Shown in pieces: positions 12,601 through 22,072 of a stretch of DNA of 64,000 nt (within the stretch, counting starts at the first letter, position 1; each line of letters opens with the position of its first letter). The translations under genes were made by a program, and so were the position numbers. Source of the stretch: Antechinus flavipes (Eukaryota); contig NC_067401.1 of the NCBI RefSeq assembly GCF_016432865.1, positions 184,884,001 through 184,948,000 of the forward strand, written 5' to 3'. Under the pieces are notes generated by a model. That model did not search any database and had not been told where the DNA came from. It was given only the letters and a program-made list of their open reading frames with translations.

Positions 12601-14185
12601 TCATGGGAAAGATCGTGGAATAGTTTTTTATCCCCAGTGCATTTTATAGATAGGCAAACTGAGGCAAACAGTTAAATGATTTGCCTAGGGTCACACTACT
12701 AGTAAATGTTCAAGGCCAGATTTGAACTCAGGTCTTCTTACCTCCAAATTTGGCACTCTTTGCCACCACTTATGCTATCTATTACTGTAATGGCTAGCTT
12801 TCTAGGCATTAAATTCTAAGGTTACTTCAACTCAACTGCTAAATTTATATTTTCTCAGTCCTCAAATTATCTAATCTTTACAGTTTTTGTCATTGCTGAT
12901 TACCCTCTGCTACTTCCTGAACACTTCACTTCAAAAAATAATCACATATTTCCTGCCTTTTATTCTGAGATTTCCTCTCTCCTTAGGATTATAATAGGAG
13001 GATGACTCTCAAATATATACATCTAGCCTTAATCTTTATCCTGAACTCCAAGTCCTAAATTGCCAAGTGCCTACTTGGCATTTCTACCTGAATTTAGAAT
13101 TTACCCTTAAAACCACTCCTCTAGACTCTGCAGTTTCTTTGAGAACAATACTATCTTTCCAGGTAAAGGTTTGTAGGCTCTGAGCCAACAGTGATTCCTT
13201 TTCCCTCGCCTGCCACATCCACATCTTCCCCCTTCTACACAGGGCCATATCCTCCTACATACCATTAAGCCAAAGATATCATTGTTTACACTTTCTAATT
13301 CTGTTTCTGCTTCCAATTTTCTGTTTTTTCCAAACCTAACTTTACAAAACTGCCAAATTAATCTTCCTAAAGGCCATATCTGATTATGTCACTCCCCTGT
13401 TCAAATTTATTCAACAGCTCCCTGATCCCTCTAGAATAAAATATAAATTCTCCAAGTTATCATTTAAAACTTTCTACAATTTATCAATAATCTGACTTGT
13501 ATTTCATATTTATATATTGTAATTCATATTAATTTCTGCTGATGAATTTCCTGTTCAGCCCAAACTACATTACTAGATGCTCTTCAAACCTAGTATTTTA
13601 TTATCTAGCTTCATACTTTCCAATGGGTATCACTCATCAGGACCACACTTTTTAGAATTCTTATTTTCTCCAACTCCAGGGGGAATCCTTTCCTAATTCC
13701 TGGCCTCCACCCTAAATCTGCTTATCTATGCAAGTTGTTAAAAAATATAAGACAAAGGAGTATTTTTGTCTAGCACCAAACCTTCCTCGGAGTAAGAAGC
13801 ACTTTACTGAATTAAAGCATGCAATCCAAACTCAACCCTTTAAAAATCCTATCTTTTTTCTATATCCATCCAATGATCAGTTTCCATCACCCCTAGTGCC
13901 CAGCCCCACCTTTTTCTGTGAACTGGTCTCCACCCCAGTTGACAGACTCCGACTCAGCTCTTGAGCTAGACCCTCTAATTCCTCAGGAGGGGTTGGAGAG
14001 TTGGAGGCCAGGTAGAGATTGGTCCTGGCAGTAGCTTCTGCCTTTTGGCTTTGCCGTAGGGAAGCATAAAGCTGAGAGGTCACTTCTGAAAACGTTCCTT
14101 GGCTCCGCCCAGGGGGCCCTGGGGGATCACTCAGGAGGTCCTCTGGCCCGAGGGGTAAGTTGGGGCTTGGAACTTGAGCTGCCAT
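2646..14185 (-). CDS. CNTROB: Centrobin, coding exons 1-12 (3' part lies left of the window). Exons 5'->3': 13910-14185, 11711-11795, 11444-11525, 11061-11217, 10272-10388, 9716-9832, 8715-8813, 5719-5955, 5042-5188, 3334-3467, 2975-3100, 2646-2799
   Basis: All introns GT-AG and phases chain correctly. Translation [20 protein letters not shown]...[12 protein letters not shown]...[21 protein letters not shown]...[55 protein letters not shown]...[11 protein letters not shown]...[14 protein letters not shown] matches recalled human centrobin; head-to-head with TRAPPC1 as in human. Confidence 0.96.
3595..3632. repeat. (TG)3(AC)16 microsatellite
   Basis: Direct reading. Confidence 0.95.
3845..4475 (+). 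mobile_element. Old LINE-1 3' end with (TG)10 at 4421-4441
   Basis: ataccctttgaccca...tcaattggagaatggctgaacaaattatggtat L1 ORF2 C-terminal motif and A-rich end. Confidence 0.65.
5253..5392 (+). mobile_element. Marsupial tRNA-derived SINE (WSINE1-like)
   Basis: A/B boxes (tggcacaatg, ggacctgagttc), core ctagctgtgtga..ctgggcaagtcac, A-rich tail. Confidence 0.7.
6000..8060 (+). mobile_element. 5'-truncated LINE-1 (~2 kb ORF2 3' half, 3' UTR, A/T tail), antisense in a CNTROB intron
   Basis: [33 protein letters not shown]; [20 protein letters not shown]; [20 protein letters not shown]; G-rich 3' UTR. Confidence 0.93.
8945..9545 (+). mobile_element. Highly diverged LINE-1 fragment
   Basis: aaagaaatgaaaattaaaacaatctga and aagtgaatacccatca L1 ORF2 3' motifs. 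Confidence 0.5.
12350..12780. mobile_element. MIR/CORE-SINE plus MAR1-like SINE fragments
   Basis: ctcagcctcagtttcctcttctataaaatggg; aaactgaggcaaacagttaaatgatttgcctagggtcacac...gatttgaactcagg. Confidence 0.65.
12950..13760 (+). mobile_element. LINE-2 fragment
   Basis: caaatatatacatctagcc...ttaatcttcctaaag...tcactcccctgttcaaa L2 3' region motifs. Confidence 0.6.
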
Positions 14186-15149
14186 GGAGGCTAGAGGGGT
14201 AGAGAGCTAAAGGCAGTGGGGAACAAGAGGTCTCTTGGCTCTATTTAAAAGGGCCCCGGGGAAAAAGAAAACAACATAGGAAAAGGGTTTGCTGAGATGG
14301 AGTCTAGGAAGGAGTAGCAGGAATCTCCCCAAAACAGAATGGGCTCATACCCAGGAGGTCAGCCTGCTGAGACATCTCCAGAGGCTTAAATCAATGCTGC
14401 TTCTTTGGCCCTGAGTGCAAGCACTTGGATGACTCCCCCTGGATCAGGACTTTAATCCAAGAATACTTCATTGTTCCAAGTCACCATGGCTCCCAGACCA
14501 AGCCTGCTGGATTCTCCTGATTCTAGAGGCCACACATGAGCAAGAAACTTCTCTTCTGCAGCTTTTGAAGAGTAAAGGTAGTAGGCAAAGTAAGGGAGCT
14601 TACCTGTTTCAGAATCGGAGAAAGAAGAGGAAAAAAAGAAAAAGAAAAAGTGGAGGAGGAACATAATGGCCAGAGGTACCCTGGCATTCTTCCTGACCAA
14701 TACGGAATGGGAAAAGCAGGAAGAGCAATCTACTTTGCAGCAGATGCCCCACTTTGAGCTCTCAGCATTACTGGTAGGGAGGGGGTGAAACAAACTAGGA
14801 GCAGGGACCTCCAAGAGGATACTAAATATAGCTCGGCTTCCTTCAGACCTGATTAAGGTCCTGGAAAAATAAATCCCTAACAGGCCCAGTATACTCCCCA
14901 GAAAGAATCAAGGTCTTGAACATACCCTCCAGTCTTTCCTGGGAAGAATTTCATCACCTGGTTTCTCTAGGCCATCCATCTCCTCAGCCAACGTCAGTGG
15001 AGAGGATTTTTCCTAGCTGCCCTTGATCGCCACCCTCACCTAGTTCTGGAGCCCAGGCCACCCCCAAGTTCGTTTTTCCTCTCTACTCGGACCCTCCCAC
15101 CTTTAACCAAGCTAACACAGGAAAAACGGATATACGGGAGTCGCTCTTT

Positions 15150-15900
15150 CGCAGACTTCCCCTCCACCTCCCGGGGGGTGACCCCTTCTCCCTTCCACCC
15201 TCCAAGAACAGTTGGATGCCACCTGTCCGTTCACCCGGCTTCCCGCCCGCGCACCACAGAAACCAGACGCCCCGGCAAGGGTCTGACAGCACTCGAGGCC
15301 CAAATCGCCCGTTTGAACCAAGGCAGCTCAAAGAGCCCGGGAAAGGGGCGGGCCAAGAGGCATGGACTTGAATGGGGTTGGAGGAGCTGGGAGAGAGGAG
15401 CGTACGCCTTTCCAGCGCCACAGAGGATTGGCTGTGGGGAAGCGAGCCGAGGACGCTAAATGTGGCGGGGCTAGGAGAGATGGAGCCATTGGAGAAAGTG
15501 GGATTGTCTGATGCGCGTCTCAGTACAAAGAGAGTTGGGGCGCAGCAGGAACCGGAAGTGGTGGATGATTGGGGACCTTCCCTCTCCACCCCCACTGCCG
15601 AGATTCTCAGGTACGCACGCGCACAACCGGTGTGTATTTCTGGTGAGTCCTAGCTGTGTCCTGGAATTTGCGCGGGGAGGGGGCTGAATGGGTTGCTGGG
15701 GGGAGGGGGGAGAGGAGGGAATGAGAAGACACCAGGTTGGAAGAAGTTTTTAGGCGGGAACGGGAAGTGGGTGCTCCCTTGACTAACCGGGAGCCCCCAC
15801 CCCGCCCCACAGATGACTGTCCACAACCTGTACTTGTTTGATCGAGATGGGGTTTGCCTGCACTATAGCGAGTGGCATCGAAAGAAGCAGGCGGGGATCC
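15150..15900. promoter_or_regulatory. Bidirectional CpG-island promoter CNTROB/TRAPPC1
   Basis: High CpG density between divergent genes; ETS/GABP CCGGAAGTG 15552-15560; inverted CCAAT boxes (ATTGG 15427-15431, 15488-15492); GC boxes. Confidence 0.85.
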
Positions 15901-18900
15901 CCAAGGAGGAGGTGACTCGCAGGATACAGGGAAGGAGGGAGGGAATTCTGCATCACAGCCTGCTCTCCTGAAATCTTGCCCTGGCCCCGAAAGATCTACC
16001 CATCCCCTCCCATTCTGAGAAGTGTAGCCTAGTGAAAAGAACCCTGGGCTTAATTCACTATTCTAACTTTTGCCAAGTCATTTCTGCCCTTCCCTGCCTC
16101 GGTTTCCTTGTATGAGATAATTTAATTGCTCTGGATTCCTTTCTCTGTAATATGGGTAAAATATAGTTCCTCCTCCCCCAATCCTCCGCAAGAAATGTGG
16201 TGAGAAAAGCACTTGCTAAGTACTGCATAAATATGAAATGTTTGTTTATTCCCTACTACTGTCAGGAGTATAAGCTCATGTATGGAATGCTCTTCTCCAT
16301 CCGATCTTTTGTCAGCAAGATGTCACCTGTGGACATGTATCCTACGGGAGGAAATGGGTCTGGGCTTCTTGGATCTATAGAGAAAAGGACCCTGGGAGGA
16401 AGTTGGCTGATCACGAGGAATAGAGATAAGACTTAGTGGATGGGAGCAAATGGGGAGGAAAAAAGTTAGAGCTGGGAGAGAAACGATATAAAGCCTCTCA
16501 TTAGGGACTGATATTTCCACCCTATTCTCCAAAGTACTTGCAATACTGGGTATTTTTTGGAAGAAGATTTGGGTTCAAGTCCTGAGGAAGTCTCTTAATC
16601 TCATAGTACTCAGGCAATTCTCTAAGATAATAAATTAAAAGCTTTCAACAAATATTCATTAGTGGAAGAAGTTTCTACATGATATATACCTATAGCAATA
16701 AAATCATAGATTCAGATCAGATGTGTTCCTTAACATCCATTCTGCAGGAAAGATGGATTCCTGGCTTTCCAGACAAGTCGATACAAGCTCCATTACTATG
16801 AGACACCCACTGGGGTCAAGGTTGTAATGAACACAGATCTGGGGGTAGGACCCATTCGGGATGTCCTACACCATATCTACAGTGGGGTCAGTATCCTCTC
16901 TTTACTTCCCCTGTCAATATCTCCCAAGTACCTCATACTCTGTGGACTCAGCTCAAAATTCTCTTTTCTATTGGTTGTCTGTGGCATAAACAGCTGAAAA
17001 AAATGATCAATCAATCAACAGAATATTTATTAAGCATCTATTACGGCCAGGAACTATTCTCACATAGCGCAAAGACAAAAATAAAATGTACCTTACCTTC
17101 AAAGAGCTTAACTATTTAGAGAAAGGTCTTCAATAAGTTATGTATATCATCTATAAGGATCTATAGAAGACACTGAGTAAACACAGCATAGAATTAAAAA
17201 GCATAGGATTTCTAGGGGATAGAATTGTAAGCTTACCCAGTGGAAGGAATCCCCATATCAATGAGACCCTAAATGCTAGAATACACTGAAATATTGAAAT
17301 ATGATAAAACTTGGTCATAACATACTTTAAAATTATGAGATTTCATTGTGATGGATACTCTCTAATAATTGTCACACCTCCACATCTAAATGTTTTCTCA
17401 TGAACTGCTATAGCCAAAGAGAAATATCACTTGATAGCCAAACTACTCCACAAATAGTGAGGCTTATCCTCAGATCTTAAATATATAGTCCAGACTGCTA
17501 TTTAAAAATTTCCCAATATGGTAGGATCTAATAGACCTAGCTTCCAGAAATGAGGTCTCAAAGTAGTACTTTAGTGAAGGTTGTTCATAATATATTAATG
17601 ATGTAATTGCAAAATGTTGATAAAGGTTGGTTGAAAGTTGCTGATTGTTTGAAAACAAGGACTATTTCATTCTTGTCTAGCCTGTAGTAGGTGTGTAAAT
17701 GCTTTGTTGATCCATGTTGTTGGTACCAGATAGCATTTGTGCTGTCCATTTGTTATTTTTATCCCTGACTGTAAGGCTAATCTATCTCTCATTCCAATCC
17801 ATCAGTCAACAAGTTAAGTGCCAGACACTGCACTAGATGTTGAATATATAAATGTAATAGAATCTCTGTACTTTTATATTAAACTAGGGGGACACAACCC
17901 CCATTCACAAATAAGGATATAAGGGACATAGTTACTTTTACAAAGTAAATATATAGCGAATGGAAGGGACAGGAATGGGCACTGACAACTGGGAAAATCA
18001 GGAAAGTCCTCTTGAAAGATGAGGCACTTGAGCTGAGCTTTGAAGAGAGCTGAAAGTTGAATTCTAGGAAGTAGGAATGAGGAAAGGCACTTCAGTAATA
18101 GGGGAACAGCCTGTCCAAAAGTATAGAGATGAAGGATGGAATATTGTATACGGCGAGTAACAAGCAGGATTATTTAACTAGAACATAGTGTTTATAATTA
18201 GCCAGGAAAAGAGGCTGGAGACAGATGGTAAACGATTAAATAGAGGACTCTATTTAGTTTTAAGGCAGGGTAGAGCCACCAAACTTCTGGAGCAGAAGGT
18301 GGCTATTATCAGATTTTAGAAATATCATTTTGGCAGTTCTATAGAGAATGAATTAGAAATTAGAAAAATATTAAGGTGAGAATAATAAGATGTGGTAACC
18401 AATTAGATATGGACAGGGTGAATGAGGCTGAAGAAGGGAAGTTGATTGTTGGGTGGAAAACCTGGATGGTTGGAACAGTGGTGATACTTTCCACTGAAAT
18501 AGAATGTGAAGGAGAGGGTGCATTTAGATGAAAAGCAAATAAGTTCTGCTTTAGATGTTTTGCATTTGAAATGCCTGTGTGACATCTAGCTGAAGTTGCC
18601 CAGCAGGTGGTTGGCAATTCCAGAGCTCTTTATGCTAAATCTATTAGCTTTTTTTCCCCCCCAATCCTCATTTGCCTTGACCTCTGCAGTTTTTGATTCC
18701 ACTAACCCATCTTTTCATTCTGAATACTCCCCATCCCCTCCTCTGGTTTTCATGATACTGCACTTTTGTGATCCCTTTTCCTAATTGTTGGACCAATTCT
18801 TCTTGGTTTGCAGAGTTATCCATATCATGCTTCCTATGCATAGATATGCCCCAGTATTCTGGTCTGAATTCTCTTCTCAACACATTTGTGGATCACTCAG

Positions 18901-21000
18901 CTCTCTATCACTTATCTTCTCTTTACTCCAAAAATCTACATATTCAGGCTTTCATCTCTCTCAAGTTCTAGGTTCGCTTTACCAATTGTCATCTAGATGT
19001 TCCATAGGCATATAAATTCAATATGAATAAAACAATTCATCTTGCCCCCATTCTTCCAAATTTCCCTATTTCTGTTGAGAATATCACTACTTTTCCAGTT
19101 GCCTGGAACCTTGCAACCCATAAGTCAGTCTTGATTCCATTAGACATCTGAAACTCATCATGCCCACAATAGTTTGGAGATTGTAATGAGGATAGATAAT
19201 GGGTTAGGATATGACATCTCTTTACCATATTTTGCATATAGGTCATGATAAAAGCCTATATGCAAAACTCTTATGATGTTACATACAGATCTCAATATGA
19301 ATTAGTGTTTGACTCCTACATCAACTTCTGAGATAGTCTATTACATTCAATCAAGAAGCATTCATTAAGGGGCTACTATGTGGTAGCTAAGTAAATAGGG
19401 TACAAGGGCCTGGAGTCAAGAAGACAAATCATCCTTGGTTAAATCTTAATCAGACACTTACTAGCTTTCCCCCCAGGCAAGTCACATCCCTATTTGCCTT
19501 GGTTTTCTCTAAAATGAACTGGGGAAAGAAATGGCAAACTGATCCAGTATCTTTGCCAAGAAAACTGCAAGGGGGACTGTGAAGAGTTGGACATGAGTGA
19601 ACACCATATACCAAGAACTGTGCAAGGTGCTGGGAATGCAAATATAAAAGTGAAAAATCTTTACAAAATAGTCTGTCCTTAAGGGAAACTACACATGTAT
19701 AGGTAGATATAAAATATATGCAAAATAAATGTAAGGTAATTTCAGGGAAGGAACCCTAGCATCTGGGGGTGGGGTGAGAGGATTAGGAAAGGAATAATGT
19801 AGGAGGAGTTGCTTGAGCAAAAATGATGAGGCACTATATACCATGCATGGGAAATAAAAAGCTTGTGCAATGTCTTGAGAAATAGCTTAGAATGGCCAGA
19901 TTCATGAAGCTTATGAAGATAAGTAATGTAAAATCAGAATGAAAAGGCAGATCAAAACCAGAGTGTGAATTTCAAAAAAGAATTTGGTCAGACCTGTGTA
20001 GAGGATAGATTGGAGAAGAAAGAAATAGAAGATTGTTATTCAGTTAAAGCTGGATTTGAATTCCAATCTTCTGACTCTAGGCCTGGCACTATATTTACTG
20101 GTACACCTACGTGCTCAATAGGAGATAGAGTCCAATTAAGAGCCTAATAGAATAGGATTGGAGAGGTAAGGAGCACTTGAATTAGTTATGTAAGTGGAGA
20201 GGAGAGATTGTGTTGGGAAAATGTTTTTGGTGTTGGAATAGAGCAAGAATCATGGATGTGTGGATTTGGGACTAGTGCAGAGTGGAAGATGTCTTCAAAA
20301 TTGTGAATCTCAGTGCTTTCATCTGCATAAATTAACAACTTTGTTCGTTTGGTACTGATGATAGTATCTATATTGGAGTCGGTGGTTCTCCCCCACAATC
20401 CCTTAGAGCTCATTAATTGCTGTAGACCAACCACTCCAGTACATGTATTTTCTCCAAGTGCTAAGGGCCCGTGACTTTATTGTGTTTGAACCTGAATTCA
20501 AATCTTCAAACATTTTCTATCTCTGATCCTTGGGCAAGTCATGTAATCTCTTGTCTGCCTCAATTCCCTCATCTCTAGGGGAATAGTACCTAGATTACAG
20601 GGATATTGCACTATCGAATGAGATAATATTTAATATTTGTAAAGTGCTTTGCAAACCTCAAAGTGCTTTACAAATGCTAGCTAGTATTATTATTATTATA
20701 CCTGGGGAATTATTTTTCACTTCAGTCCTCATGACTTGGGGAAATGCAAAGATTAAAAGGGAAAAGAGGAAGAGTTTTTAGAAAGAAAGAGGGTTTAGGG
20801 GGAAAAACTTTAGCCTTTCTCTTCCGCCCCCAACCCCCTGTCTCTTCACCCCCTCCCTTCTTCTTCCATAGCTTTACGTGGAGTTGGTGGTGAAGAATCC
20901 GCTGTGCCCACTGGGTCAAACTGTACAAAGTGAACTTTTTCGCAGTCGGCTTGACGCTTACATTCGATCGCTTCCCTTCTTTTCTGCCCGGGCTGGCTGA
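15813..21000 (+). CDS. TRAPPC1: Trafficking protein particle complex subunit 1, 145 aa. Exons 15813-15911, 16266-16336, 16748-16886, 20872-21000
   Basis: 99+71+139+129=438 nt; [79 protein letters not shown]...LPFFSARAG*. Confidence 0.98.
17790..19220. mobile_element. Two LINE-2 fragments in opposite orientation (~17790-18610 minus, ~18640-19220 plus)
   Basis: tagatgttttgcatttgaaatgcctgtgtgacatctag (minus copy) vs catctagatgttccataggcat (plus copy). Confidence 0.6.
19375..19610 (+). mobile_element. MAR1/MIR-like marsupial SINE
   Basis: ggcctggagtcaagaagac...ggcaagtcac...aatggcaaactgatccagtatctttgccaagaaaac. Confidence 0.6.
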
Positions 21001-21242
21001 AAACAGCATTCTTCTTGAAACATGTGTATTCGTTGTAGATCTTCCTATTTGTTTTTGTCACCGGAGGAGCAATCCCTGCCTCGTTCCAAAGTGGCTGGCT
21101 ACTCGAGAGAATTTAGGACCGAATTCCCCTCCAGGCTCTTTCGGCTCCAGTTGCCCTTTGCTTCTGATGCTGTAATCCCACCTAGTCAATGCCTACCTTC
21201 CATCAATCAATCCCCTTTCTTACTACTGTATTGAGAACAGAA

Positions 21243-21347
21243 AATAAAACTATCTGCTGTCTGGTGGTCCTGGAAGTGTCTGTGCTAAAGGGAGGGTGTT
21301 TTGTGAGACTGGAGGGGAGATGTGGAAGTTCCGGAGCTAGTAATAAA
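21243..21347 (+). terminator. TRAPPC1 polyadenylation signals
   Basis: AATAAA at 21243-21248 and 21342-21347, 240-350 nt after the stop. Confidence 0.65.
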
Positions 21348-22072
21348 TACAGGTCTTGGATGGGTGGCGGCTGTCCTCCAGAGGAAGAAGGACGGAGTCT
21401 CCTTTTTCTCTTCTCCACTGAGGAGGCAGGGTCATGCAGATTAGTCTTCTACTGCCTCCTGTCTGTAGACTGGGGAGGCGGAGCTTGTGTGCAGACTGGG
21501 GAGGTGGAGATAAAGCTATGCAGATGAGGGGTGGGGGATATGCAGATGACCTAAGCAGCTGCAGGCTGGATGCAAACCCCCCCTCGGATTGCGGTTTGGG
21601 CTGCTGCAGCTACACCACTCCACTTCCCTCCTTGGAGTTCCTTGTCCTCTGAGGATCTTCTTAGGGACTAGGAACCCCCAGTCCCTCCTCTAGCTCCTGT
21701 GCCAGTTGTCCGGCACCCCAAAACAATTCTCCCCACTTCTAGACGCATCCCCACTTGTCTCTCGGTCCTCGGGATCTGCTTCTACCAACCTGACTCCTGG
21801 GCCCTTCTGTTCTCATCCTGCCCCCCATGTTCCCCTTCTTGGGTCTGCTCCAGTCAATCCTCCGTCTCCGGTCCGCTTGGCTTCCTCACCTCGTCCCCTA
21901 GTCTTCGCAGAAAACTGAATCTAGACGACCTTCGCCTCCTTTGGTTTGCCCCTAACCCTGCTAGCCCCAAGCCTCTCTACCCCCTCGTTCCTACTCCTTC
22001 CTTTCTGCCCTCTTCCCCTTGAAATCACCCCGATTTCTCGAGGATTCCGTTTTCCTTCTTTCCTGAGCCGGA

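Noticed and set aside
14452-14814. 120-aa minus ORF upstream of CNTROB as a standalone microprotein
   Set aside because: Starts at TTG and has no recognisable homology; only its internal ATG plus splice is kept as a finding
15083-15810. Several overlapping ORFs (up to 170 aa)
   Set aside because: Expected from stop-codon depletion in a CpG island; no recognisable protein
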